Shown: in pieces, positions 16,501 through 26,061 of the stretch | How the letters are laid out: the number at the start of each line of letters is the position of its first letter | Numbering within the stretch: position 1 is the first letter of the stretch | IMG/VR virus record: IMGVR_UViG_3300044630_004416 | Location: 1 to 41,439 of that record | Source: a virus | Lineage: Duplodnaviria > Heunggongvirae > Uroviricota > Caudoviricetes | DNA: 41,439 nt | Strand: one strand, 5' to 3' | The notes under the pieces: model-generated | The model's database searches: none | Told to the model about the DNA's origin: nothing | The model's input: only the letters and a program-made list of their open reading frames with translations | Made by a program: the position numbers and the translations under genes

Positions 16501-17876
16501 ACTTTAAATCCTTCAAATGTTCGTGTTTTTTTAGTAAATTTCTCATCATACTCAGAGTCTTCCTTCTGACCAGAATCAGTGATTTTCCCCTGAGCACCAT
16601 CCTCCAAATTATACAGCTTCATCTTGGCTCTGTCAATACCAACGACAAATCTCTTGAAAACAGTTGGGTCATTGTATCTGTTCTTCAACTGCTTTACCAT
16701 AATTTGATTTAATTGTTCCAATTCTTCTGTACTAATGAGAGCAAACATAAAGTCTGCAGTAGCAGGAAGACCAAATGATTCTGATGTATCTGTTAGTTCA
16801 ACATCAGAGTTACCATATCCAGAACGAGTAGTTTGTGTGGCACTGACAATAGGAACATTACATTCTACTGCAAGACCACGAAGTTCTTCTGCAATAGCTT
16901 TGACATAAGTATATGAATTTACCAATGTCCCTTTATATCGAGAAGATGAACAGATATTCAAGTAATCAATAAAAATAATATCTGGGCGAAATCCTTTTTT
17001 TAAAGCAAGTTCGTTCAACAGAGATTTAAAATGTCCAACATGAGCAGAAGCAGTTGGATATTCTTTGATGATTAATTTTCCTCTGGTCTTTTCAGATAAT
17101 TTATTTAATTTTGTTTCATACATTGATTTTGGAAGTTCCGCAATATCTTGAATATTTACATTCAAGAGGTTTGCATCAATTCTTTCAGCAATGCGTTCTT
17201 CTGCCATTTCAAGTGTAATGTAGAGAACGTTGCGCCCCTGCAGGAGGACGGAGCTAGCCATGTGGCACATGAATAAACTTTTCCCGACACCTGTACCAGC
17301 AAGAGCGATATTGAGAGTCTTGTTAGGTATACCACCTTTGGTAATTTTGTTAAAAATGTCAATGTCAAAGGGAATTTTCTCTTCTTTTTTGTGATAGAAA
17401 TCATATCTTAAATCTGAATCTGAAATGTAATCGTGACCAATATGGTCATCAAAAGAAACTGCAAGTGCATCAGAAAGAATAGAAGGAATTGAATCTTTAC
17501 TTCTAGTTTTATCTTTTCCATCTGCAATCTTAATGGATTCTGTCAATGCCAATAAAATTGCTCTATCTTTACACCACTTTTCAGTGGTGTCCAAAAGCCA
17601 TTGTGCATCAACAGATTCATCCTTTAATTCGGAAACTGTAGTTACAGATTCCTGAAATATTGTATCTGATATGTCTCTTCTATTTTCAATCTGAATATTT
17701 AATACAGATTTGGTTGGAATACTATCGTATTCTGCAATAAATTTGTTGACTTCTTGAAAAATAATTCTTTCGGAAAGAGTATCAAAATAAGATTCCTTAA
17801 TAAAAGGAATTACTTTTCTGGTGTAAGTTTCATTAAAAATTAAATTTGAAAGAATTTTAATTTCAATTCTATCCAT
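16497..17876 (-). CDS. gp41: Replicative DNA helicase (T4 gp41)
   Basis: Walker A AGTGVGKS, IFIDYLNI, SATQTTR, SESFGLPATAD and QLKNRY. The ATG is at 17876. Confidence 0.97.
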   Translation of the reverse strand: MDRIEIKILSNLIFNETYTRKVIPFIKESYFDTLSERIIFQEVNKFIAEYDSIPTKSVLNIQIENRRDISDTIFQESVTTVSELKDESVDAQWLLDTTEKWCKDRAILLALTESIKIADGKDKTRSKDSIPSILSDALAVSFDDHIGHDYISDSDLRYDFYHKKEEKIPFDIDIFNKITKGGIPNKTLNIALAGTGVGKSLFMCHMASSVLLQGRNVLYITLEMAEERIAERIDANLLNVNIQDIAELPKSMYETKLNKLSEKTRGKLIIKEYPTASAHVGHFKSLLNELALKKGFRPDIIFIDYLNICSSSRYKGTLVNSYTYVKAIAEELRGLAVECNVPIVSATQTTRSGYGNSDVELTDTSESFGLPATADFMFALISTEELEQLNQIMVKQLKNRYNDPTVFKRFVVGIDRAKMKLYNLEDGAQGKITDSGQKEDSEYDEKFTKKTRTFEGFKV

Positions 17877-18928
17877 CAATCATCTTCTCCATCATCAATA
17901 TCTGTTGGTGCTCCAATACTACCATAAGAAAATTCTTTTTGAGCACATTCGTCAAGTGCTTGCATTAGCTGGGGGGTGAAGAATCTTTCTGGGTCAGCAA
18001 GAATCTGCTTAGCATAATACTTACTCCCATCAATATCATAACGGTTCCCAGACTTAACGAAGACTCCGTACTTCTCACCCAATTCCAATAATCCATGATA
18101 GCGTTCAAGTCCTCGTTCATCATAAAATAGTTTTGTTTGTACTACAGAGTTTTCCTTTGTAAACCTGGACTTCTGTGCCTTACATGTAATGATATTGCCA
18201 ACCACAGTTGTTCCATCTTTCTCCTTTGATTTTGAAAGATAGATGATTGTGGATGCAGCATATTTAAGACCAGTTCCTCCTCCCATTTCTTTCATTGGAA
18301 CATATGCTCCAACAACGTCATAAGTGTGGTTGGTTACAATGAGTGGAATATTAGCTTGACCAAGTTTTAGGGAAAGAAGACGGAACACAGATTTAATTAC
18401 CTGTGCCCTGGTCATATCCCTAGTCTCCTTGCCAGCAGAAGCATCCTCAACCTCTTTGGTGGTCGAGAGCATCCCCAGAGAGTCTAGCACAAAAAGCAGC
18501 GGGGGTCTATCCTCTTTTTTAAGCTTCATATATTCTTCCACTACCTTGAGTGATTGAGTACGAAACTCTTGAACAGTAGTGACAGGAACTAGACCTACAC
18601 GCTTAGTATCAATTCCACGACTGACCATCATATCCTTTGAGATAGCAGATTCAGTCTCAAAGTAAATAACTTGTCCTTCTGGATTTGATGCAAGAAAATG
18701 CTTTACAATTGAAAGAGCGAAGAAAGTTTTTCCTGTGCTGCTTTCGCCAGCGAGAGCTGTAATCTTATTAGCAGGTAGCCCGCCAAAAATACTCCCGCTG
18801 ATGAGAGCATTGATGATATAACTACCAGTGTCAATAAAGCCTGTACAATCTCCTGCGGCGATTCCTTCGTCAACGATTCCTGCATATTCATTTTTTAATT
18901 CTTTAATTACACTATTTAAGAATGCCAT
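17876..18928 (-). CDS. uvsX: RecA-like recombinase UvsX
   Basis: [23 protein letters not shown] and [12 protein letters not shown] motifs. Confidence 0.97.
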   Translation of the reverse strand: MAFLNSVIKELKNEYAGIVDEGIAAGDCTGFIDTGSYIINALISGSIFGGLPANKITALAGESSTGKTFFALSIVKHFLASNPEGQVIYFETESAISKDMMVSRGIDTKRVGLVPVTTVQEFRTQSLKVVEEYMKLKKEDRPPLLFVLDSLGMLSTTKEVEDASAGKETRDMTRAQVIKSVFRLLSLKLGQANIPLIVTNHTYDVVGAYVPMKEMGGGTGLKYAASTIIYLSKSKEKDGTTVVGNIITCKAQKSRFTKENSVVQTKLFYDERGLERYHGLLELGEKYGVFVKSGNRYDIDGSKYYAKQILADPERFFTPQLMQALDECAQKEFSYGSIGAPTDIDDGEDD

Positions 18929-18949
18929 AAAATACTCCGTTACAATTTG

Positions 18950-21442
18950 TTAAATAAATGCTTCTAATGTTCCTCGTTTTTCAGAAACCCATCCAATAGA
19001 ATCTAAAACATTCCTCAGTGGTTTTAGAAAACTTGTTTCAAATTGCATATTATAATCAATATACTCATGCAATCCAAATTCTTCTGGTAGATTTTGAAAA
19101 TATGAAATAACGTTTTCTCCAATAGGATTTGGTTCTTTTAAATAGACAAACTTAATTTTTTCTCCCTCTTGAATGTAAGGATACTTGTTAGAAAGTTTCA
19201 TCTTTTTAAGAAGATGATTATATAAGATTGCTCCTCTAACTTGAATTGGAGTCTTCTCTGCATATAGTTTAGCAGAACTTTTATATTTGTCAAGATTGTT
19301 GAGACCTCTGGGAAAGGAAATATTAACAACATCTTGTTGTTTAGTTTCGTCTTTGATTTGTTTGATAAATTTGATTACTTCATCATTATCATGATTGAGA
19401 ATAATTCTAAATGCCTTTTCCAATTTATCTCTATAATATGATGGAGTAGAAGAACGAGCAGTTTCCAGACCCATAATTTTCATTTTTGGTTCTGCGTAAC
19501 GAACTCCTTCACTATCCCATACATTAAGAATGTAGCGTTTCTTTGCTGTCCAAATACCTTTGTCTGCAATGTTCTCACGCTTCATTTGCATCTTTTGTTC
19601 AAAGGCATTGACATACTGTGCCAATTCTTTGTAAGAACTTTCAATATATTTCTCAAGTTCCATGCTACAGACCTTATCAAGGAACGAAACAATGCTTTCA
19701 GTAGTTTTCTCTCTTCCCTTGAATACAGCGTCAACAAAAGGACCCATATTAAGATAAATGGAATCAGTATCAATAGCAATAACATAATCTTCGTTCTTAC
19801 TCTTTAGAATTTTATTCATATACTCATTTAGACTCTTTTCAATCCATCGAATAGAAAGTTGTCCAGAAAGAGTAATAGCTTCTGCGTTGGTAATCAGGAA
19901 ATACCTGAAGTATTCATTTCCGATGGCACCATAGGCAGAGTTGAGTTGAATCTTACGTGCCATCTGAATGTTATTACAGCGGGCAATCTCTTTCTTCAAC
20001 TCAACTGAAGGATTCTTTTCGTATTCTTGCTTAGCAGCAAGCATCTTCTTCTTGTAAATGGTTCGGTCTTCATATGTTTTCTGCATGAGCTTAGGTAGAA
20101 ATCCTTGCTCATGAGTATCATACATTGCTCCATTTGGACATACAGTACTGCAATCTAATGAAGAAGTGTCAACCTGCTTATCGAGAAGTTTATCCACAGA
20201 TACACCAGACATTCTTTCTGTCAGAAGAGTTTCTGGTGAAATATTGTATTGCATGATAAGGTGTGGATATAGAGAGTTAAGGTCAAAGGAAACAACCCAA
20301 TTATGTTTTCCTACGATAGGGTCTTTGACATGAGCACCTTCATATGCATATTCCTTTTTGTGAGATTTCTTTGGAGGAACTACAATGTTTTTCTTTTTTA
20401 GGTAGTTGAAGATAATGTTATCCCAAGTTTTTACTTGTGAATATACATCTTGATAATTCTGTTTAGCATCATACGCCATAGTAAGACAAAGCTCAATAAG
20501 TTTCATCTTATCATCTAGACGCTCAACAAGCTCTACGTCACGAATGTTATAGTCTACAAATTTTTGCCAGTTCTTAGTATAGAATTCTTTAAAATTTTCA
20601 AACTCACTATGGTCCAACTTTTGCTCACCAAGTTCTACCATTGCAATATGGTCCAACCTGTAAGATTCTTGATTGGTATAAGTAAATTTTTGATACAAAT
20701 CAAAGTAGTCTAGACAAGAAATTCCAGCAATTTCATAGACAATTTGTTTTCTTCCACGAACAATAATTTCTCTACTTGAAACTATATTCCAGGGAGAAAT
20801 TGATTTGAAGTGTTTTTCAGTTAGAATTCTATCAATTCTTCTCATAATATATGGAATATCGTATAAGTAAACATTCCATCCAGTTACTACATCTGGAGTA
20901 TTATGAGCCCACCAAACAAGAAAATCTTTGAGCATTTCTTGCTCAGTCCAAAAAACACGATACTCTACATCACTTCTTGTTGTTTGATATTCTCTGGTTC
21001 CCCATACATTAATTTTTTTGCTGATTAAATTTTTGACAGTAATGCATAGCATTTCTTCTGATGCTGCTTCTACATTTGGAAATCCATTTTCACAAGCAAC
21101 CTCAATGTCTAAGGAATAAATTTTCAGATGAGTAATATCAAATTTAATTTCATCCTCTGGAAATTCATCAGCAATATATTGAGATAGATATCTCTCATAT
21201 CCATATATTTGAAAATTATCTACATCTTCATATTTTTTCATAAATTCTCTAGCTTCCTTTACCCTAGAGAATTTAATTGGACTTACATATTCTCCATCAA
21301 GAGTTACATATTTAGTTTTATTTGGAGAAGGAACAAATAAAGTTGGTGAGAATTTTGTCTGAAAAATCTCTTGAACTCCATCATCATATCCTCTATAATA
21401 AATTGTATCTCCAATAAGTTCTATATTTGTAAAAAATCTCAT
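18950..21442 (-). CDS. gp43: Family B DNA polymerase (T4 gp43)
   Basis: Exonuclease DIEV; polymerase motifs SFDLNSLYP, KIQLNSAYG, DTDS and KKRY. Uninterrupted. Confidence 0.98.
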   Translation of the reverse strand: MRFFTNIELIGDTIYYRGYDDGVQEIFQTKFSPTLFVPSPNKTKYVTLDGEYVSPIKFSRVKEAREFMKKYEDVDNFQIYGYERYLSQYIADEFPEDEIKFDITHLKIYSLDIEVACENGFPNVEAASEEMLCITVKNLISKKINVWGTREYQTTRSDVEYRVFWTEQEMLKDFLVWWAHNTPDVVTGWNVYLYDIPYIMRRIDRILTEKHFKSISPWNIVSSREIIVRGRKQIVYEIAGISCLDYFDLYQKFTYTNQESYRLDHIAMVELGEQKLDHSEFENFKEFYTKNWQKFVDYNIRDVELVERLDDKMKLIELCLTMAYDAKQNYQDVYSQVKTWDNIIFNYLKKKNIVVPPKKSHKKEYAYEGAHVKDPIVGKHNWVVSFDLNSLYPHLIMQYNISPETLLTERMSGVSVDKLLDKQVDTSSLDCSTVCPNGAMYDTHEQGFLPKLMQKTYEDRTIYKKKMLAAKQEYEKNPSVELKKEIARCNNIQMARKIQLNSAYGAIGNEYFRYFLITNAEAITLSGQLSIRWIEKSLNEYMNKILKSKNEDYVIAIDTDSIYLNMGPFVDAVFKGREKTTESIVSFLDKVCSMELEKYIESSYKELAQYVNAFEQKMQMKRENIADKGIWTAKKRYILNVWDSEGVRYAEPKMKIMGLETARSSTPSYYRDKLEKAFRIILNHDNDEVIKFIKQIKDETKQQDVVNISFPRGLNNLDKYKSSAKLYAEKTPIQVRGAILYNHLLKKMKLSNKYPYIQEGEKIKFVYLKEPNPIGENVISYFQNLPEEFGLHEYIDYNMQFETSFLKPLRNVLDSIGWVSEKRGTLEAFI

Positions 21443-21804
21443 TCGGAAATTAGCTTAGTGTATAGATTTAGAATTTCTGGCTTTGGTTCAATGATGGTCA
21501 TAATTTTATCAGAATTTAATAAGATATCCACATCATTAGTAAAAAGTGGATACTTTTCTAATTGAGCATAATCATTCTGTACGGTTATTGTTTCCTTTCC
21601 ATTTTTAATATTTTTTTCTTCTGTCTTACTCAAGAATACCGCATTGTATGGAGGGAAATGCTTATCATCTTCGTCATAATCCCAATAGGTCAATGTTTCA
21701 ACTTTGTATGGATTTTTCATGTACAGAGAAGGTTCTTCATCAAGCTCCTCATATTCACAAATAATATAATCATTAGTCGTCAGTTGAATTAATTTAATAT
21801 TCAT
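21439..21804 (-). CDS. Hypothetical protein, 121 aa (start MNIKLIQL), possible Sm-like fold
   Basis: The track's extension overlaps the promoter at 21833-21861, so ATG 21804 is preferred. Confidence 0.75.
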   Translation of the reverse strand: MNIKLIQLTTNDYIICEYEELDEEPSLYMKNPYKVETLTYWDYDEDDKHFPPYNAVFLSKTEEKNIKNGKETITVQNDYAQLEKYPLFTNDVDILLNSDKIMTIIEPKPEILNLYTKLISE

Positions 21805-21832
21805 GATAAGGCTTTGGTGGACATCTCTATGT

Positions 21833-21861
21833 ATGATAGCACACCAAGCCCCCCTTGTCAA
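21833..21861 (-). promoter_or_regulatory. sigma70 promoter for the gp43-uvsX-gp41-mazG operon
   Basis: TTGACA-17 bp-TATCAT, directly after a terminator U-tract. Confidence 0.8.
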
Positions 21862-21862
21862 G

Positions 21863-21899
21863 AAAAAAGACCCAGCCCTGATAGTTGCCAGGGTGGGTC
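21863..21899 (-). terminator. Intrinsic terminator downstream of hsp20
   Basis: GACCCA-CCCTG-GCAACTAT-CAGGG-C-TGGGTC-TTTTTT. Confidence 0.8.
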
Positions 21900-21934
21900 G
21901 GCGGCGACGATATTTGGGGATTTCCCAATTCTAT

Positions 21935-22438
21935 TTATTTAATAGTGTTTTCTCCAGGGAAGTTTGAATCTCGGTCTTCTGTTAAAAACTGTGGGTCGGT
22001 TTTTACCCCAGGAATTGACCAAGTAGTTTTCTTCTGATGCTCTGGAATAATTCTTTCGATATCTACTGTTAGAAGTCCATGATTAAAATCTACAGAGGAT
22101 ACTCTATGCTCATCGGAGAGTTGAATCTTACGGGTGAAGGAACGTTTTGAGAGACCTTTGTGTACATACTGTTTTCCAGTATCTCGTTCCTCAACTTTGC
22201 TGGCAATTGTGAGAACGTTTTGTTCTGTAAAGACTTCAATCTCTTCTGGTTTAAATCCTGCAAGAGCGACTTCAACTGTGTAGTTACTGTTGTCATGTTT
22301 GACGATGTTGTAGGGAGGATAGTTAACATTGACGTTATGATGCATTGCATCTAGTCTGTTAAACATTTCATCCAGACCTACAGCGAGTGGAGCGTAGTCG
22401 TTCCAAAATGTATCTAATGATTGAGTGGTAAATTTCAT
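21935..22438 (-). CDS. hsp20: Small heat shock protein (Hsp20/IbpA family)
   Basis: NYPPYNI, VEVALAGF, HKGLSKRSF and GLLTVDIERIIPE. SD AAGGAG precedes ATG 22438. Confidence 0.95.
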   Translation of the reverse strand: MKFTTQSLDTFWNDYAPLAVGLDEMFNRLDAMHHNVNVNYPPYNIVKHDNSNYTVEVALAGFKPEEIEVFTEQNVLTIASKVEERDTGKQYVHKGLSKRSFTRKIQLSDEHRVSSVDFNHGLLTVDIERIIPEHQKKTTWSIPGVKTDPQFLTEDRDSNFPGENTIK

Positions 22439-22574
22439 TTTCTGAATCTCCTTAGTAAGCGAGAGTTTTAATAGAGACCCCGAAGGCATCTCTTCACAAT
22501 TATATATATGCGTTGACCAAAATTGCAAGTTCGGATTTCCGAAAATAAATACTATTACACTTGCAAATTATAAA

Positions 22575-22901
22575 ATGCTCTCTACTCAGTATCGCCTGAG
22601 ACTTCAGGCTATTTGTGAAAAAATTGTAAACGGAGAATCTGTAGAGTTATCCGATATGATATGGGCAGAGAAACTCGCCGCAGCAAACAGAACCGCTGGC
22701 ACAATGCTTAGACAAGCAAGAAGAAAATCAGAAAATCCTAATATGCAAGAAGGAGATTTAGATGATTTTCTAAATCAATTAGATATTGGTGGACTTGGAA
22801 ATGAAAGATATGGTATAGGTGGATTCAATACAGTTGATGATATTGTAGACTTTTTCAGTGAAGGTAGAGATAAGCCAGATGACTGGAGACAAAGAGATTA
22901 A
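22575..22901 (+). CDS. Conserved cyanophage hypothetical protein
   Basis: 108-aa ORF MLSTQYRLRLQAICEKI...RD; ATAAATA at 22545-22551. Confidence 0.8.
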   Translation: MLSTQYRLRLQAICEKIVNGESVELSDMIWAEKLAAANRTAGTMLRQARRKSENPNMQEGDLDDFLNQLDIGGLGNERYGIGGFNTVDDIVDFFSEGRDKPDDWRQRD

Positions 22902-22912
22902 ATAAATAGATA

Positions 22913-22966
22913 TACGTTCATTCGCTATTTTCAAATAGCGAACGGAAGTAAGCCGACTCGGAACGG
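22913..22966 (+). promoter_or_regulatory. Glutamine riboswitch-like aptamer 1 (glnA RNA motif)
   Basis: CGTTCA-[P2 TTCGCTATTT/AAATAGCGAA]-CGGAAGTAAG-CCGACTCGG-AACG matches the recalled glnA motif core. Confidence 0.75.
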
Positions 22967-22967
22967 A

Positions 22968-23138
22968 ACGTTCATCTATGGAAGCACTTCTTTTAACGTG
23001 TTTACAGTCACAACTCCTGTTTAGGAGGATTGATATGGCTGATTTGACTCCAAAACAAAAGAATGATTTGATATGGGAAATCAAACAACTCACACCTAAA
23101 AAGTGTACCCTAGACGCAAAAGCCGACTGAAGGAACGC
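22968..23138 (+). promoter_or_regulatory. Glutamine riboswitch-like aptamer 2 with an ORF-sized P2 loop
   Basis: CGTTCA-TCTA...TAGA-CGCAAAAG-CCGACT-GAAGGAACGC. Confidence 0.6.
22978..23130 (+). CDS. 50-aa small ORF embedded in aptamer 2 (MEALLLTCLQSQLL...DAKAD)
   Basis: Translated by hand, open from ATG 22978 to TGA 23128-23130. Below the ORF-track cutoff. Confidence 0.65.
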   Translation: MEALLLTCLQSQLLFRRIDMADLTPKQKNDLIWEIKQLTPKKCTLDAKAD

Positions 23139-23169
23139 TCTTTAACCTCAACCATTAAGGAGAACCCTA

Positions 23170-23316
23170 ATGTCACAAGCAACTTATCGTGGTGTAAAAT
23201 ACGACACAGAAATTAAAAAAGAAGAATTTGCAAGTAACTGGTTACTGTTGATTCGCAAACAAATTGAAAGAGAACAAAGACTACATGATGCACAAATTGC
23301 TATGGCAATGAAATAA
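23170..23316 (+). CDS. DUF4278-like small protein, 48 aa (MSQATYRGVKYDT...)
   Basis: SD AAGGAG upstream, YRG motif, downstream of glnA-type aptamers. Not in the ORF track. Confidence 0.8.
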   Translation: MSQATYRGVKYDTEIKKEEFASNWLLLIRKQIEREQRLHDAQIAMAMK

Positions 23317-23344
23317 AAAAAGAGGGGGCATATGCCCCCTTTTT
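23315..23344. terminator. Bidirectional intrinsic terminator
   Basis: A-tract, AGGGGGCA-TA-TGCCCCCT, T-tract, between convergent genes. Confidence 0.85.
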
Positions 23345-23346
23345 AA

Positions 23347-23769
23347 TTACTCTGCTTGTTTCTTTTTTCCAATATTATATTTGGATTCAAGAATCCATTC
23401 ATGCTTGTCTTTAAATGCTAGTACCTTAATTTGACTTAGCGGAGCTGCGTCAATAACTTGGTCTGCATTTACAATTTTAACAAGTCCCCAATCTTGTAGT
23501 AATTGGGCTACTCTATTTTTTCTCTGAACATCATTCAGAAATAGATTTGCTCGCTTTCCATCGAGTGCGAACAGTTCTTTAAAATGAACGATATAATATC
23601 TACCTTGTTTATGTAAAATATGGCAAGATTGATATAGCTTTTTTTCTTTACGAGAAGCAACACCAATTCTGGTTAATGTTTCTCGTACCTTTAAAAAATC
23701 ATCTGGTTCATTTAAAATAACTTCAACCATCTGGTCAGCTGACCATGATACTTCAGTATCAGTATTCAT
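23347..23769 (-). CDS. regA: Translational repressor RegA
   Basis: DFLKVRETLTRIGVAS, LYQSCHILHKQGRYYIVHFKELF and KYNIG motifs. Confidence 0.97.
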   Translation of the reverse strand: MNTDTEVSWSADQMVEVILNEPDDFLKVRETLTRIGVASRKEKKLYQSCHILHKQGRYYIVHFKELFALDGKRANLFLNDVQRKNRVAQLLQDWGLVKIVNADQVIDAAPLSQIKVLAFKDKHEWILESKYNIGKKKQAE

Positions 23770-24148
23770 TTTTTCCTCCACGATTCATCTTAGATTTAAT
23801 AAATTCAATTTGCTCGTCTGTTAAAATTTTTAGAGCAATTTTAGCTTTCTCATCACTATAGCCATAATATTTTTTAATAAGTTCAAGAGAACTATTATTC
23901 TCCTTTTTCAACCAAGGCGAGAAACGTTTCTTTGGTCTGATAATATTTATATAAAAATCATATTGTAGCTTCTTGTCTAAGTTACAATAGAAATTCATTT
24001 CATTCGCAAATAAAATTGTATCTAAAAATCCAGAGAAACACTTATTAATAACATAAGGAGGGTATTGAGATTCATTGGAAGAATCGTCATCCATTAAATT
24101 ATTCTTAGTCTGATTGATAGAATTTAAATAATCTTTTAATTCTGCCAC
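23759..24148 (-). CDS. gp62: Clamp loader small subunit (T4 gp62)
   Basis: YPPYVINK, LQYDFY and YYGYSDEKA motifs; position before regA. Confidence 0.92.
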   Translation of the reverse strand: MAELKDYLNSINQTKNNLMDDDSSNESQYPPYVINKCFSGFLDTILFANEMNFYCNLDKKLQYDFYINIIRPKKRFSPWLKKENNSSLELIKKYYGYSDEKAKIALKILTDEQIEFIKSKMNRGGKNEY

Positions 24149-24153
24149 AATTA

Positions 24154-24441
24154 CTACACGATAATTTTCTTGTCTGGAGTAATAATATTACTATACATCT
24201 TAGTATATTGTTCTACAATACTTTCATCTGCTTCAGTAATGTATACTACGAATCGTTTGTCTACAGTAATCTCGGTTTGTGCTTTACTAATCATCGGAGA
24301 CCATGGAGCAAATCCAAGAGTCCCTTGACCAGTAGGAACCCCGACAATTGCGTTTTCAACCACAATTACTTCAAAGGTTTCTTTAATTAAATTGGCAATT
24401 AGGTCCTCACCAGAGGACATACGAATAAGTTTTACGTTCAT
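24154..24441 (-). CDS. Conserved hypothetical protein, possible Sm-like fold
   Basis: MNVKLIRMSSGEDLIA...FAPW; lies between gp44 and gp62. Confidence 0.8.
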   Translation of the reverse strand: MNVKLIRMSSGEDLIANLIKETFEVIVVENAIVGVPTGQGTLGFAPWSPMISKAQTEITVDKRFVVYITEADESIVEQYTKMYSNIITPDKKIIV

Positions 24442-25385
24442 TTGAATTTACAGTCACACATAATTTCGGTAAGGCAAGCTAAAAGATTAATTTCCTGGTC
24501 TGCTACAAATGGCACTTTTGATTGATAATTTGCAATAATTATAACAGCTTGAGGAATAGATGGTGCTTCCAATGAAGTATAAAGAGAATCATATATATTG
24601 CGAATAATTCTGTTTACATCATTATCTAAGTTTTCTACCACCCACTTTCTAACTGAAGCAAAGTTTTTGTCTTTCATAAAACCAACTAAGGTTTTAATAT
24701 TTGCATCTGAAAATGTTGATAAAATTCCACTATCAATAATTCCACCAGAAGAATATCTCTGTAGCTCATTTAAAATTCTACGCCAGTCTGGAAAGAATTT
24801 ATTTATTACTTCAACAATAACTTTTTCATCATATTGAACATTTTCTTTCTCAAGAATAGTCCTGATACGGTTGAAGAATTCTGCAGCAATTCTTGCTTTT
24901 TCTTTTCCTGTGATGTTGAAGTCAAAGACTGCACACCTTGAGTGTAGAGGCTCAATGATTTTGTTTTTGTAATTGCAGGTGAAGATGAATCTGCAATTGC
25001 GATGAAACGTCTCAATGTTTGCCCTAAGTAAGAGTTGTACATCGTTGGTTGTGTTGTCAGCTTCATCAATAATGATGACTTTTGGTTTACCAGTTGTTTC
25101 CAGTGATACGGTCGATGCAAAGTTCTTTGCTTTGTTTCGTACCGTATCGAGAAATCTGCCCTCATCGGACCCATTAATGACATAACAATCAACTCCTAAT
25201 TCTTGACATAAAGCCTTAGCAACAGTAGTTTTTCCAATTCCTGGAGGACCAGAAAGAAGTAGATTTGGAAGTTCTTGATTATCTACAAAATTCTGGAAAG
25301 TTTTTTTAATATTTTTTGGTAATATACAATCTTCAATTTTTACTGGTCTGTATGTTTCAACCCACAAAAAATCATTACGAGACAT
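24438..25385 (-). CDS. gp44: Clamp loader large subunit (T4 gp44)
   Basis: LWVETYRP, GPPGIGKTT, IIDEAD, LHSRC and FPDWRR motifs. Confidence 0.97.
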   Translation of the reverse strand: MSRNDFLWVETYRPVKIEDCILPKNIKKTFQNFVDNQELPNLLLSGPPGIGKTTVAKALCQELGVDCYVINGSDEGRFLDTVRNKAKNFASTVSLETTGKPKVIIIDEADNTTNDVQLLLRANIETFHRNCRFIFTCNYKNKIIEPLHSRCAVFDFNITGKEKARIAAEFFNRIRTILEKENVQYDEKVIVEVINKFFPDWRRILNELQRYSSGGIIDSGILSTFSDANIKTLVGFMKDKNFASVRKWVVENLDNDVNRIIRNIYDSLYTSLEAPSIPQAVIIIANYQSKVPFVADQEINLLACLTEIMCDCKFK

Positions 25386-25389
25386 TTTT

Positions 25390-26061
25390 TTACTCCATAA
25401 TTGAAGAATCTGGTTCTAATGCAATAAGATAAGTTAGTTTATGATTAGAACTAATAAATGTTGACACATTTGGGAATGAAATCTGTACAGTATAGTTATC
25501 TGGAATGATTTTCAGATTTTCAACTTTAAAATTTGCAGTAAAAATTTTACTAGTAGTTCCAACAACAACTGAAAAATTATTTGAAGTTACATCTTCTTTA
25601 TCTTTTACAATCAGACTCATTTCAGTTCCATCACCTGTCAATGAGATATCGGTGAGGTCATAAATTTTTGCTGCTTTGTTGATAGAATTTAAAATATCGT
25701 TTGAAAGATTAAATTGAACATCAACAGTTAGGTCAGGTAATTCTTTCTGACTTGTAGTAATCAGAGAAGCATCGCAGTAGTAATACTTTACTTTAGATTT
25801 GCCACTACTGATGACTACATACTTTTCATTGGAAAAATCAAAATCTGCATCTTTGAAAATTGTCAGACCACCAAGAAATTGTCCAAGGTCATAAATTGCA
25901 AAGTTATGTTCAAAAGATTCTTCACATTCATACACTGCTATAATGTTTTTTTGTGGAGAAACTGTCTTTAGAACATTACCTTTTTTTACTACAATTGATG
26001 AATTGATATTTGAAAAATTTTCCAGAACATTCTTAGTTTTATCAGAAATTTTCATATTCAC
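25390..26061 (-). CDS. gp45: Sliding clamp (T4 gp45)
   Basis: LENFSNINSSI, FAIYDLGQFL and YLIALEPDS. Start is GTG 26061 or ATG 26055. Confidence 0.95.
   Translation of the reverse strand: MNMKISDKTKNVLENFSNINSSIVVKKGNVLKTVSPQKNIIAVYECEESFEHNFAIYDLGQFLGGLTIFKDADFDFSNEKYVVISSGKSKVKYYYCDASLITTSQKELPDLTVDVQFNLSNDILNSINKAAKIYDLTDISLTGDGTEMSLIVKDKEDVTSNNFSVVVGTTSKIFTANFKVENLKIIPDNYTVQISFPNVSTFISSNHKLTYLIALEPDSSIME

Noticed and set aside
4627-21442. Introns, inteins or homing endonucleases in nrdA, nrdB, gp41, uvsX or gp43
   Set aside because: All ORFs are continuous and of normal length, with no intein, HNH, GIY-YIG or LAGLIDADG motifs seen.
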